NCBI GenBank assembly: GCA_965223705.1
Contig: OZ245015.1
Coordinates: 2,624,001-2,688,000, forward strand
Length of the DNA stretch: 64,000 nucleotides
Origin: Myxococcota bacterium
GTDB taxonomy: Bacteria > Myxococcota_A > UBA9160 > UBA6930
Reading direction: 5' to 3'
In this document: positions 51,294 to 61,337 of the stretch, one piece after another
Layout: each line of letters opens with the position of its first letter
How positions within the stretch are numbered: position 1 is the first letter of the stretch
Notes under the pieces: generated by a model
What the model was told of the DNA's origin: nothing
Seen by the model: the letters and a program-made list of their open reading frames with translations, nothing else
Databases searched by the model: none
Program-made: the position numbers and the translations under genes

Positions 51294-52019
51294 ATGCTCA
51301 TCGAAAGTCTCGTTCCGGCCGCATCGAGCTACGCGAAAGACATCGATTTCGTTTGGGAGCTCATTTTCTGGCTCGTCGGGTTCTGGTTCATCCTGTCGGA
51401 AGGCGTGTTCTTCTGGTTCCTGATGAAGTTCCGGAAGAAAGACGGCCAGAAGGCGCAATACATCACCGGCGAAGAGAAGTACCAGAAGAAGTGGATCACG
51501 TATCCGCACCTCCTCGTACTGGTGTGCGACGTCTTCATCGTCGTGGCCGCGGTTCGGGTCTGGTACGACGTCAAGCAGGACCTCCCGCCGACGGACCGCA
51601 CGGTGAAAGTCATCTCTTCCCAGTGGGCGTGGACGTTCATCCACCCGGGGCCGGACGGAAAACTCGACACGGCGGACGACATCGCGATGAACGATGAGCT
51701 CCATGTAGAAGTCGACGAGATGTACCACTACCTGCTCGAGTCGCGAGACGTTCTTCACGACTTCTCGGTTCCGGTCTTCCGCTTGAAGCACGACGCGATT
51801 CCCGGCCGCACCATCACCGGCTGGTTCCGGCCGACGGCGACCGGTGAGTACGACATCCAGTGCGCCGAAATCTGCGGGATCGGCCACGGGCTGATGGGGG
51901 CACGGATCTTCATCGAGTCGAAAGAAGATCACGAGAAATGGATGGCGAGCCACGCGACGAAGCCCGACGCCGTCCTCTTGGCAGCGAGCCAGAACCCGAA
52001 CCAGCGACGGGAGCAGTAG
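51294..52019 (+). CDS. coxB: Cytochrome c oxidase subunit II
   Basis: Two TMs, SQWAW, DVLHDF, CuA motif CAEICGIGHGLM. Confidence 0.95.
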   Translation: MLIESLVPAASSYAKDIDFVWELIFWLVGFWFILSEGVFFWFLMKFRKKDGQKAQYITGEEKYQKKWITYPHLLVLVCDVFIVVAAVRVWYDVKQDLPPTDRTVKVISSQWAWTFIHPGPDGKLDTADDIAMNDELHVEVDEMYHYLLESRDVLHDFSVPVFRLKHDAIPGRTITGWFRPTATGEYDIQCAEICGIGHGLMGARIFIESKEDHEKWMASHATKPDAVLLAASQNPNQRREQ

Positions 52020-52021
52020 GC

Positions 52022-53725
52022 ATGGCCGAATCGGTATCAGCGCATCCGAGCCACGACGCCCACGATCATCACGAGCAGAGCTTCATCTGGAAGTATGTCT
52101 TCTCGACCGATCACAAGATGATCGCGCGGCAGTACATGTTCACCGGCATGGCCATGGGCCTGATCGGTGCGTTCTTCGCTTACGCGTTCCGCATGCAGCT
52201 CGCCTTCCCGGGGATCGACGTTCCGCTGTTCGGTCTGGTGACCCCGGCGGTCTACAACTCGCTGGTCACGAACCACGGCACGATCATGATCTTCTGGGTC
52301 GCGATGCCCGTTCTGATTGCGGCGTTCGGGAACTTCCTGATCCCACTCATGCTGGGCTGCGACGACATGGTGTTCCCGAGGCTCAACATGCTGAGCTACT
52401 GGATCTTCCTGCTCTCGGCGATCGTGCTCTTGGCCTCATTCTTCGTCCCGGGCGGCGCGTTTGGCGGCGCATGGACGGCCTACCCGCCGCTCTCTGCGAA
52501 AGCGGAATACAGCCTGACCCCATTGGGCTCATCGATATGGGTCGTCGCCGTCGCCCTCGAGTTCGTCGCCTTCTTGCTCGGCGGCATCAACTTCGTCACC
52601 ACGGCGATGAACTCCCGCGCTCCGGGGATGAAGCTCTACGACATCCCGGTCGTCATCTGGATGATCGTGATCGCGAGCATCCTGTTCATGGCGTCGGTCG
52701 GCCCGCTGATCGCAGGAGCCGTCATGCTCTTCATGGACCAGCAGGTCGGAACGGCGTTCTTCGACCCCAACAAGGGCGGCGACCCCATACTCTGGCAGCA
52801 CTTGTTCTGGTTCTTCGGGCACCCCGAAGTCTACGTCGTGCTCCTGCCCGCTCTGGGGATCACGGCCGAGATCATCTGCACGTTCGCGCGCAAGAAGCTC
52901 TTCGCGTACCGAACGGTTCTCATCACGACGATCGCGACCGGCGTGCTCTCTTTCACGGTGTGGGCGCACCACCAGTTCGTCGCCGGGATCGACCCGCGTA
53001 TGGCCAACATCTTCACGATTACGACGCTGCTCATTTCCGTGCCGATCGCGGAACTCTGCTTCGTCTACATCGCGACGCTCTACGGGGGCTCCATCACATT
53101 CAGCACCCCGATGTTGTGGGCCCTCTCCTTTATCGCAACGTTCCTCATCGGCGGCGTCACGGGCATCTTCCTCGGAGCCAGCGGCGCCGACATCTACATG
53201 CACGATACGTATTTCGTGCTCGCCCACTTCCACTACACCTTCTATCCGATCGCCATCATCGGAACCTTCGCGGGCTTCACGTACTGGTTCCCGAAGATGT
53301 TCGGCAAGATGATGGATGATCGGCTGGGGAAGATTCACTTCTGGGGAACCATCATCCCCTTCAACTGCATCTTCATCCCGCTCTTCTATCTGGGCGCCGC
53401 GGGGCAGCATCGTCGGATTTTCGACTACACGAATTTCCCGGAGCTCGCGACGCCGGAGATGCAGGCGATCCGCGTGTTCGCGACGGTCTCGCTCCTGGTG
53501 ATGCTCGGCTTCCAGCTGGTCTTCTTCTTCAACGTGTGGAAGAGCCTGCGAAGTGGCGAGAAGGCACCGGACAATCCGTGGAAAGCGAATTCCCTCGAAT
53601 GGGTCGCTCCCACGCCTCCGCCGCACGGCAACTTCAAGGAGATGCCGACCGTCTACCGAGGACCGTACGAATTCAGCCACCCGGATCGCGAGCTCGACTA
53701 CTGGCCGCAGAACGAACCGGCATAA
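52022..53725 (+). CDS. coxA: Haem-copper oxidase subunit I (A family)
   Basis: STDHK, HGTIM, GHPEVY, WAHH, HFHY, RR. Start trimmed to ATG 52022. Confidence 0.95.
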   Translation: MAESVSAHPSHDAHDHHEQSFIWKYVFSTDHKMIARQYMFTGMAMGLIGAFFAYAFRMQLAFPGIDVPLFGLVTPAVYNSLVTNHGTIMIFWVAMPVLIAAFGNFLIPLMLGCDDMVFPRLNMLSYWIFLLSAIVLLASFFVPGGAFGGAWTAYPPLSAKAEYSLTPLGSSIWVVAVALEFVAFLLGGINFVTTAMNSRAPGMKLYDIPVVIWMIVIASILFMASVGPLIAGAVMLFMDQQVGTAFFDPNKGGDPILWQHLFWFFGHPEVYVVLLPALGITAEIICTFARKKLFAYRTVLITTIATGVLSFTVWAHHQFVAGIDPRMANIFTITTLLISVPIAELCFVYIATLYGGSITFSTPMLWALSFIATFLIGGVTGIFLGASGADIYMHDTYFVLAHFHYTFYPIAIIGTFAGFTYWFPKMFGKMMDDRLGKIHFWGTIIPFNCIFIPLFYLGAAGQHRRIFDYTNFPELATPEMQAIRVFATVSLLVMLGFQLVFFFNVWKSLRSGEKAPDNPWKANSLEWVAPTPPPHGNFKEMPTVYRGPYEFSHPDRELDYWPQNEPA

Positions 53726-53737
53726 GGCAGGAGAACC

Positions 53738-54307
53738 ATGCGACCTATTGCGACAACGCGCAGCGTAACGGGCATCCCCACCGGCCGATTGGCGGTCTGG
53801 TGGGTCATCGCGTCGGAAATCGTGATCTTCGGCGGCCTGCTCTGCTCCTACATCATGCACCGCTTGGCCCACGGAATCTGGGCGGATTACGCGTCCCACA
53901 CCAACATGTACATCGGGGCGTTCAACACGCTGGTGCTCCTCTCCTCGAGCTTGTCCGCTGTGCTGGCGCATCAGTGTGCAGAGCGCGGTGACGGTCCCGG
54001 TGCGGCGAAGCGGCTGCTGATCACGTCGGCGGGCGGGCTCATCTTCATCCTCGTCAAGACCTACGAATGGACGACGGAGATCGGGCTCGGCTACACCATC
54101 ACCGCCAACACCTTCTGGTCCTTCTACTACACGGCCGCCGGTCTGCATGCGCTCCATGTGATCGCCGGTGTCGTCATCATGTTGATCGTGGCGAAGGCGG
54201 CGTTCGAAAACCGCGAGCTCCATCGCGTAGAACTGATCGGGATCTACTGGCACTTCGTCGATCTGGTCTGGATCTTCCTCTTCCCCTTGCTCTACATCGC
54301 AAAGTAG
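53738..54307 (+). CDS. coxC: Cytochrome c oxidase subunit III
   Basis: ASEIVIFGGL, NTLVLLSSS, GLHALHV, YWHFVDLVW. Confidence 0.92.
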   Translation: MRPIATTRSVTGIPTGRLAVWWVIASEIVIFGGLLCSYIMHRLAHGIWADYASHTNMYIGAFNTLVLLSSSLSAVLAHQCAERGDGPGAAKRLLITSAGGLIFILVKTYEWTTEIGLGYTITANTFWSFYYTAAGLHALHVIAGVVIMLIVAKAAFENRELHRVELIGIYWHFVDLVWIFLFPLLYIAK

Positions 54308-54319
54308 TAGGAGCGAACG

Positions 54320-54703
54320 ATGTCCGAACACGCTGAACACGCGCATCCGAACTACTGGAAAGTCTACTGGTGGTTGCTGGCCCTCCTGCTGGTCAGCATC
54401 CTGGGGCCCGAAGTCGGCGCGCGCATGAATCTGCCGGCGCTGACGCTCTTCACGGCCTTCGGAATTGCCGTCGTGAAGGCCTACCTCGTCGCGCGCAACT
54501 TCATGCACGTCAACATCGAGCCGAAGTTCATCACGTATATGTTGGTGACGTGTCTCGTCTTCATGCTGCTATTCTTCGCCGCAGTCGCTCCCGACGTCAT
54601 GAAAGAGGACGGCAGCAACTGGCTCAAGCCGGCATGGCTCGAACAGCAGCGCGCCTACGAAGCGGGCGAGATCGGCGAGGCCGCCCACGGCGGAGGCCAC
54701 TAG
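54320..54703 (+). CDS. Cytochrome c oxidase subunit IV family protein
   Basis: Three TMs; VKAYLVARNFMH motif. Confidence 0.85.
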   Translation: MSEHAEHAHPNYWKVYWWLLALLLVSILGPEVGARMNLPALTLFTAFGIAVVKAYLVARNFMHVNIEPKFITYMLVTCLVFMLLFFAAVAPDVMKEDGSNWLKPAWLEQQRAYEAGEIGEAAHGGGH

Positions 54704-54713
54704 CGAGACGCCC

Positions 54714-55301
54714 ATGAGACGCCCCCGCGCACACGTCTACCCCGTCTCGGAATCGACCCGCGACCCCGTGGTGCAAGATGGCGTGCTGGGAATGGTCATC
54801 TTCGTGATCGCCGAAGTGATGATGTTCGCCGGATTCATGAGCGGCTTCACGATCGTGAAATCCCAGTCCCCCATGTGGCCGCCCGCGGGCCAGCCCAGGC
54901 TGCCGCTGGAAGAAACCGCGATCAACACCCTGGCCTTGATCCTGTCGGGCGTCGTGCTGTTCGTCGCACAGCGAAAGTTCCGAAGGCAGCCCGATTCGGC
55001 CGGCCTCTGGCTCCTCGGCGCGATGCTCCTCGGCGCGTTCTTCGTCGTGTTCCAGGGTGTCGAGTGGGCCGGGCTACTCGCTCAGGGGCTGACCGTGACC
55101 TCGAGCGCCCTGGGAAGCTTCTTCTACGTCGTCATCGGCTGCCATGCCCTCCACGCCGTTGTGGCTATTCTCGGGCTGGGTTATGCGTGGCTGCGCCTGC
55201 AGCGCGGTTGGCTGCCGGCGAGCGTCTTGAACACCGCCGCCGTGTTCTGGTATTTCGTCGTGGGCGTTTGGCCCATGCTCTACGCCACGATGTACCTCTA
55301 G
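54714..55301 (+). CDS. Second subunit III-like protein
   Basis: AEVMMFAG, WPP, QGVEW, GCHALH, FWYFVVGVW. Confidence 0.85.
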   Translation: MRRPRAHVYPVSESTRDPVVQDGVLGMVIFVIAEVMMFAGFMSGFTIVKSQSPMWPPAGQPRLPLEETAINTLALILSGVVLFVAQRKFRRQPDSAGLWLLGAMLLGAFFVVFQGVEWAGLLAQGLTVTSSALGSFFYVVIGCHALHAVVAILGLGYAWLRLQRGWLPASVLNTAAVFWYFVVGVWPMLYATMYL

Positions 55302-55547
55302 ATGCGTCTCACAACGCCCCTCCTCGTTGCCGTCCTCCTTCTCTTCGCAGACAACGCCTTTGCTTGCGCTGTCTGCTCGGCTCGGGAGGACGCGGCGCGA
55401 ATCGCGTTCATCGGAACGACGGTGTTCCTCAGCGTGCTGCCCGTCGGCTTGATCTTCGGGGTCGCGTGGTGGCTCCGCAAAGAGAGCCGAGAGCGCGACC
55501 AGCGCCGAGAAGCGCGTCTAGGCCATCCCGCTCGAGACCGCGCCTAG
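55302..55547 (+). CDS. Small CxxC membrane protein closing the oxidase operon
   Basis: Signal-like N-terminus, AFACAVC, one TM; starts immediately after the previous stop. Confidence 0.65.
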   Translation: MRLTTPLLVAVLLLFADNAFACAVCSAREDAARIAFIGTTVFLSVLPVGLIFGVAWWLRKESRERDQRREARLGHPARDRA

Positions 55548-55673
55548 CGAGACTGCGCCCCCTCTGCGAATCTCTTACAACGCGTTCCCCGACGCGTTGC
55601 GCCCCCGAACAACGGTTGACGTCGTTGGCGAAAACGACGGTCCACGCGTCCTCCGCGCTGTGGCGGAGCGACG

Positions 55674-58607
55674 TTGCCCTCACAAAGCCGAGCCTTGCTC
55701 GACTTGAAAGAAGCGATCGCGCACCACGAAGGGCTGCGCGACACGCTGGTCTACAGCCGCACGCTGGCGAGCACAGCGCCGCGGTACGAGCACCCCAAGG
55801 ATCTCCCCCGCACCCTCTCACCGATTCTCGAACGTCGCGGAATCACCGGGCTCTACGAACACCAAGTGCGCTCCTTCGAGGCGCTCGGCGCCGGAGAGGA
55901 CGTCGCATTGGCGACGCCTACAGCGAGCGGCAAGTCGCTGGTCTACAGCCTACCCGTCCTTGCCGACGCGCTGCGCGACCCCGAGGCACGCGCGCTCTTC
56001 CTGTTTCCCCTGCGTGCGCTCGAGCAAGACCAGGCGCGAAAGCTCGAGGCGGATATCGCGGCACTGGGCCCTGCCTTTGCCCACCTCCGCGTCGCGGTCT
56101 ACGACGGCGACACGAAGCCGTCTCTGCGCAAGAAGCTGCGAAACGATCCGCCCCAGGTCCTGATCACGACGCCCGACATGCTCCACCTGGGGCTCCTCCC
56201 CTACCACGAGAACTGGCGCACGTTCTTCGAGAACCTGCGCACGGTCGTGATCGACGAACTCCATACGTATCGCGGGATTTTCGGTTCGCACATTGCCCAC
56301 GTTTTCCGGCGACTCGATCGCGTGGCGCGTCACCACGGCGCGCGACCCCGGGTCGTCACCACGTCGGCGACGATCGGAAACCCGGGCGAGCTCGCGCACA
56401 ACCTCACAGCGCGGAAATTCACGGTGATCGAGCAAGACGGTTCACCGCGCAGCGAGCGACACGTCTGTCTGCTCAATCCGACCGGATCTCCGTATACAAC
56501 CGCGGCACTTCTCTTTCGCGAAGCGGTGTCGCGCGGACTCCGCACGATCGCCTTCACGAAGGCGCGTACGATCACCGAGCTCATGTTCGCCTGGATCACC
56601 GAGGCGGACCCCGGGCTCGCGGAAAAGATCAGCGCGTACCGATCGGGCTTTCTGCCCGAAGAGCGCCGCGAGATCGAGAAGCGGCTGTTCCGCGGGGACC
56701 TCCTCGGCGTGATCTCGACGTCGGCGCTCGAAATGGGAATCGATGTCGGCGGTCTCGATGTGTGCATTCTGGTGGGTTACCCGGGCAGTCAGACGACGAC
56801 GTGGCAACGCGCCGGGCGCGTGGGACGGGGACGCGACGCCCTCGTCGCTCTGGTCGCACAGCCGGATGCGTTGGATCAGTACCTGGTCGCGCACCCGAAG
56901 CTGTTTTTTTCGGACACGTTCGAGCATGCGGTGCTCGACCCGACGAACCGAGACATCGCTTCCGGGCATCTCCCCTGCGCCGCAGCCGAAATCCCCCTGC
57001 GCGACGACGAACCGTGGCTCGGCGAAGCCGGCGCGCGGGAGAACGTCCAGGCCTTGGAAGAGGCGGGAAAGCTGTTGCGGAGCGAGACCGGAAACGAGTG
57101 GTTCGCGGTTCGCCGACGCCCCCACCGAGATGTCGATTTGCGCTCTGCCGGCGCGAGCTATGCGATCGTCGAAACGACGGAGCGAGGCGAGCCCCGGCTG
57201 GTCGGATCGATCGGTTCGGGGCGGGTCTTTGCCGAGTGTCACGAAGGCGCCATCTACCTGCACCGCGGCCGACAATTCCTCGTCACAGAGCTCGATATCG
57301 AGGAGCGACGCGTGCACGTTCGCGCGGTTCGTGCCCCGTACTACACCCGGGCCACGTCGGACAAGGAAACCGAAATCCTCTCCCGCGAGCGCGCCCGCCC
57401 GGCGGGAAATTTTCGCATCGTCGAGGGACGCCTGAAAGTCACCACATGGATCAAGGGCTACGAGCGGCGGCGCGTGCGCGGGCAGGACGTGCTCGGCACC
57501 GAAACCCTCGAGCTTCCGCCGTCCGTTCTCGAAACCCGCGGCGTGTGGCTCGAAATGCCCGATGAGCTCGGCGCCTTGTTGCGAGCCGAGGACCGGCATC
57601 CGATGGGATCGATCCACGCCTGCGAGCACGCCATGCTGGCGCTCGTTCCGCTCTTCGCCCTATGTGATCGCTTCGACGTCGCAGGCATTTCCTACACGCG
57701 CCACCCACAGCTCGGAAAAATGGCGGTGTTCCTCTACGACGGCCATGCCGGCGGCGCCGGGCTGACAACGCATTTGTTCGATCGCATCGAAGCGTTGCTC
57801 GAAGCGACCCATGAAATGGTGCGGGAGTGCGATTGCGAGGAGGGTTGCCCGCGCTGCGTCCACTCGCCGAAGTGCGGATCGGGGAACCGCCCCATCGACA
57901 AGCCCGGCGCCCTGCGCGCCCTCTCGGCACTGCGCGGACTCGAAATTCTGCCCACACTTCCGGAGAAGCCAGCTGCGGCCGTCGAACCGATCGTACCTGC
58001 GCCCGCCGCAACCCAAGGCGAGGAAGCGCCGAGGATCCTCTTTTTCGACCTGGAAACGCAACGGAGCGCGAGCGAGGTCGGCGGTTGGCACAACGCTTCC
58101 CTCATGCGTGTCGCACTCGCCGTCACCTACGACAGCCGCGCCGGCGCCTTCCGCAGTTGGCGGGAGGCCGAAGTGACCGGCCTGATCGACGCGCTCGCCG
58201 GGGCCGACCTGGTGGTCGGATTCAACGTCCACCGCTTCGACTACCGGGTGCTGGCCGGCTACAGCGAACGCCCTCTCGCAAAGGACATCTCGACGTTCGA
58301 CATGCTGGACGAAATCCACGCGCGCATCGGGTTTCGCCTGGGGCTCGGTCATCTCGGCGAAGAAACCCTCGCCCGCCCGAAGAGCGCCGATGGGTTGCAA
58401 TCGCTCCGCTGGTGGAAAGAGGGCAAGATCGACGCGATCGAACGCTACTGTCGCGATGACGTGGCACTCCTCCGGGACCTCTTCCAATTCGCGTCGGCGA
58501 AGGGTCACCTCCTGTTCCGAACGAAATCCGGAGAGCGCGTGCGGCTTCCCATGCATGTATCCGTTCCGGAGTTGATCGAGCGCGCGCACAAGAAATCCGT
58601 CGCTTGA
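55674..58607 (+). CDS. YprA/MrfA/Hrq1-type DEAH helicase (DUF1998) fused to an RNase H-like DEDD exonuclease
   Basis: PTASGKS, DELH, SAT, SALEMGID, QRAGRVGR, CDCEEGCPRCVHSPKC, then FFDLETQ..GFNVHRFD..YCRDDV. Confidence 0.9.
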   Translation: MPSQSRALLDLKEAIAHHEGLRDTLVYSRTLASTAPRYEHPKDLPRTLSPILERRGITGLYEHQVRSFEALGAGEDVALATPTASGKSLVYSLPVLADALRDPEARALFLFPLRALEQDQARKLEADIAALGPAFAHLRVAVYDGDTKPSLRKKLRNDPPQVLITTPDMLHLGLLPYHENWRTFFENLRTVVIDELHTYRGIFGSHIAHVFRRLDRVARHHGARPRVVTTSATIGNPGELAHNLTARKFTVIEQDGSPRSERHVCLLNPTGSPYTTAALLFREAVSRGLRTIAFTKARTITELMFAWITEADPGLAEKISAYRSGFLPEERREIEKRLFRGDLLGVISTSALEMGIDVGGLDVCILVGYPGSQTTTWQRAGRVGRGRDALVALVAQPDALDQYLVAHPKLFFSDTFEHAVLDPTNRDIASGHLPCAAAEIPLRDDEPWLGEAGARENVQALEEAGKLLRSETGNEWFAVRRRPHRDVDLRSAGASYAIVETTERGEPRLVGSIGSGRVFAECHEGAIYLHRGRQFLVTELDIEERRVHVRAVRAPYYTRATSDKETEILSRERARPAGNFRIVEGRLKVTTWIKGYERRRVRGQDVLGTETLELPPSVLETRGVWLEMPDELGALLRAEDRHPMGSIHACEHAMLALVPLFALCDRFDVAGISYTRHPQLGKMAVFLYDGHAGGAGLTTHLFDRIEALLEATHEMVRECDCEEGCPRCVHSPKCGSGNRPIDKPGALRALSALRGLEILPTLPEKPAAAVEPIVPAPAATQGEEAPRILFFDLETQRSASEVGGWHNASLMRVALAVTYDSRAGAFRSWREAEVTGLIDALAGADLVVGFNVHRFDYRVLAGYSERPLAKDISTFDMLDEIHARIGFRLGLGHLGEETLARPKSADGLQSLRWWKEGKIDAIERYCRDDVALLRDLFQFASAKGHLLFRTKSGERVRLPMHVSVPELIERAHKKSVA

Positions 58608-58642
58608 CCGCGAGGGCCACCCTCGGTCGCTAGTCTCCCGCC

Positions 58643-60589
58643 ATGCTGTTGCAGCTCCAGGAGGTCGCACGAAGCATCGGCGGGCGCACGCTCTTCTCGG
58701 GTTTGTCGCTCCACGTCGCCGCCGGCGACCGGATCGCCGTCGTCGGACCCAACGGCGCCGGCAAATCGACACTCCTGCGGCTGGCCGCAGGGGTCGACGA
58801 TCCGGACGAAGGGAACCGCCACGTCGCCGGGCACGCGCGGGTAGCCCTCCTCCGCCAGGAGATCGATCCCGATCAAGACCGAACCGTTCGCGACGAAACC
58901 GGTTCCGTCTTCGACTCCCTCCGTCGCCTCGAAGAGGAGCTCGCGGGGCTCGAGGCCGAAATGACCGAAGCCGGCGACGCGGGCCGAGACATTCCCCAGG
59001 AGCTGGCGGCGCGCTACGACACGCTGCGGGAGAAGTTCCAGCGCGCGGGTGGTTTCGACCGCCACGCCCGCGTCGACCGGGTGTTGGCGGGCTTGGGCTT
59101 CGACGAGGAGGCCCGGAACCGACCGCTACACGCGTTTTCGGGGGGTTGGCTCATGCGCGTCGAGCTGGCCAAGCTCCTGCTCGCCGAACCCGACGTCCTG
59201 CTCCTCGACGAACCCACGAACCACCTGGATCTCCCCTCGATCGAATGGTTCGAGGGCGTGCTCGCGAGCTTCCGCGGCGCGGTCGTCTGCGTCTCTCACG
59301 ATCGCGCGTTCCTCGATCGGCACGCCGCGCGGGTCATCGAAGTGAGTCAAGGGCGCAGCGAACTCTACGAGATGGGCTTTCGACAGTATCTCGAGGAACG
59401 TACCCGCCGCGCCGAGCAACGCGAGGCGGCGGCGAAGCAACAAGAGCGCGAGATCGCGGCCCAGGAACGCTTCATCGAGCGGTTCCGCGCGAAGAATACG
59501 AAAGCGAAGCAAGTCCAGAGCCGCGTCAAAGCCCTCGAAAAGATCGAGCGCATCGAGGTCGACGCGCCCGCTTCCCGGCGCCCTCGATTGCGCATCCCCG
59601 AGCCCACTCGCGCGGGCGCGACGGTGGTTGCGCTCCGCAACGTCCGCAAGGCCTACGGCGAACAAGTGGTCTACGAATCCCTCGATTTCGAAATCTCCCG
59701 CGGTGAGAAAATGGCGTTGGTCGGACCCAATGGCGCGGGCAAGAGCACGCTGCTTCGGATCATCGCCGGCGTGTTGCCGATCGACGCGGGCGAACGGGTC
59801 CTCGGGCACAACGTCAGCGTCGCGTACTACGCGCAGCACCAGCTGGAAGTGCTGGACGCTTCGCGGTCGGTTCTCGACGAACTCGCGGCGGACGCGCAGT
59901 TCGACGATCACCCGCGGCTGCGAGGCCATCTCGGGGCGTTCCTTTTCTCGGGGGACGACGTGTCGAAACGCGTCTCGGTGTTGTCGGGCGGCGAGAAAGC
60001 ACGCCTTGCGCTGGCCAAGCTGTTTCTCCGCCCGGCGAACTTTCTCGTCCTCGACGAACCGACGAACCACTTGGACATCGAAGCGCGCGAGGTTCTCGAA
60101 GAAGCGCTGCGCGATTACGCCGGAACCGTGCTCTTCATCTCCCACGACCGCACGCTGATCAAGAACCTCGCCAGCGTCGTCTGCGAGGTCACGCCGGGAG
60201 AAATCACGCGGCATCTCGGCGGCTTCGATGCCTACCAGGAGAGGCATACAGCGCGGGAGCCCGAGCTCGCTCGCTCGCCCTCCGAAACCGACGCAGGTGG
60301 CGACGCGAAGGCGGCCCGTGCGCGAGAGCGGGAGCTTCGGAAGCGTGTCGACCGGACGCGCCGACGCCTCGAGCGCCTGGAGGCCGAGATTGCGGAAACC
60401 GAGTCGCGCATCGAGCAATGCAACCGCGATCTCGCCGACCCTACCGTCTACGAAAACCGCGAGGCGAGCTTGCAGGTGGTGGGAGATCTCGAGCGGCTCA
60501 CAGACGAACGCGACGAGCGCTACGCGTCCTGGGAGGAGTTGACGCTCGAGCTCGAACGCCAAGAAGCGGAGCTCGTCCCCGTCGATTGA
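58643..60589 (+). CDS. ABC-F family ATPase
   Basis: Two GPNGAGKST domains, FSGGW/LSGGE, LDEPTNHLD twice, C-terminal coiled coil. Confidence 0.94.
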   Translation: MLLQLQEVARSIGGRTLFSGLSLHVAAGDRIAVVGPNGAGKSTLLRLAAGVDDPDEGNRHVAGHARVALLRQEIDPDQDRTVRDETGSVFDSLRRLEEELAGLEAEMTEAGDAGRDIPQELAARYDTLREKFQRAGGFDRHARVDRVLAGLGFDEEARNRPLHAFSGGWLMRVELAKLLLAEPDVLLLDEPTNHLDLPSIEWFEGVLASFRGAVVCVSHDRAFLDRHAARVIEVSQGRSELYEMGFRQYLEERTRRAEQREAAAKQQEREIAAQERFIERFRAKNTKAKQVQSRVKALEKIERIEVDAPASRRPRLRIPEPTRAGATVVALRNVRKAYGEQVVYESLDFEISRGEKMALVGPNGAGKSTLLRIIAGVLPIDAGERVLGHNVSVAYYAQHQLEVLDASRSVLDELAADAQFDDHPRLRGHLGAFLFSGDDVSKRVSVLSGGEKARLALAKLFLRPANFLVLDEPTNHLDIEAREVLEEALRDYAGTVLFISHDRTLIKNLASVVCEVTPGEITRHLGGFDAYQERHTAREPELARSPSETDAGGDAKAARARERELRKRVDRTRRRLERLEAEIAETESRIEQCNRDLADPTVYENREASLQVVGDLERLTDERDERYASWEELTLELERQEAELVPVD

Positions 60590-60618
60590 CCGTCGCGCTT
60601 CCCGGGGTGGCCCCTCGA

Positions 60619-60647
60619 TTGACGGGCCCCGGACGCCCCCCTAGTCT
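60619..60647 (+). promoter_or_regulatory. Sigma-70 promoter of tRNA-Leu
   Basis: TTGACG-N17-TAGTCT followed by a GC-rich discriminator, 10 nt before the tRNA. Confidence 0.65.
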
Positions 60648-60657
60648 CCGCCGGCGC

Positions 60658-60744
60658 GCCCGGGTGGCGGAATTGGTAGACGCGCATGCCTCAGGAGCAT
60701 GTGTCCGCAAGGACGTGCTGGTTCGACTCCAGTCCCGGGCACCA
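60658..60744 (+). tRNA. tRNA-Leu (anticodon CAG)
   Basis: Acceptor GCCCGGG/CCCGGGC-ACCA, D arm GCGGAATTGGTAGACGC, anticodon arm CATGC-CTCAGGA-GCATG, long variable arm, T loop TTCGACT. Confidence 0.95.
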
Positions 60745-60772
60745 CACCGAAGGAAAGCGGCGGCAATCGCGT

Positions 60773-61312
60773 TCAGGCCGCCCAGTTCATCGAGCCGAGG
60801 TTCGGAGCGTCGAACCATCTCCCGAGCAGACTGAGCTCCCGGGTCCCGCCGAAGGATCCACGACCGCGCCCCCTGTTGCGGACGGCTTCGTAGCGAAGCA
60901 GCACCTCCGGGATCGCCTCCTCCGCGGGAGCGTCGTAGAACAACGCCGTCCGGAGGCAGTTCCTCGCGAAGCGCTGGTCGGCCTCTCGTCGACCACGGGC
61001 GGTCGCACCAAAGGGAGCATGGCGGTATGCGTATTCGAGGATGGCCGCAGCACCGTGCAGGGGGACTTTCACAACGGGTGGAAGCTTCGTCTTGGGATCC
61101 AAGTCCCATTCCCAATCGCGAAACAGGAACTCGTCAGAGACGTCCGGAGCGCCGAGTGCACCCTCGAACGCGAAACCTTCGGGCGGTCGCGGCCCCTCGA
61201 GGTGATCCCACAGCACACGGTCAACACAGACTTGGCGGCGCGACCGCGGCCCCCCGTGCTGACTCACGATGAGGGTTCCCCACCACTGCTTGCTGTCGAC
61301 TGAGAGGGCCAC
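60773..61312 (-). CDS. Hypothetical protein (about 179 aa)
   Basis: GC3-rich frame co-oriented with the mocA-like gene; GTG start after GAGG; no recognised motif. Confidence 0.5.
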   Translation of the reverse strand: MALSVDSKQWWGTLIVSQHGGPRSRRQVCVDRVLWDHLEGPRPPEGFAFEGALGAPDVSDEFLFRDWEWDLDPKTKLPPVVKVPLHGAAAILEYAYRHAPFGATARGRREADQRFARNCLRTALFYDAPAEEAIPEVLLRYEAVRNRGRGRGSFGGTRELSLLGRWFDAPNLGSMNWAA

Positions 61313-61337
61313 GAACACCTCGGTGTGTTGGCCGCCG

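Noticed and set aside
55674..58607. DISARM/Druantia-type defence system
   Set aside because: No methylase, DrmA/B/C or other defence partners nearby; the architecture fits a repair helicase.
58604..58636. Full sigma-70 promoter TTGACC...TAGTCT for ABC-F
   Set aside because: The 21-nt spacer is too long; only the -10 element was kept as evidence.
60686..61303. Plus-strand 205-aa ORF
   Set aside because: It starts inside the tRNA; the minus-strand frame has better operon context and start signals.
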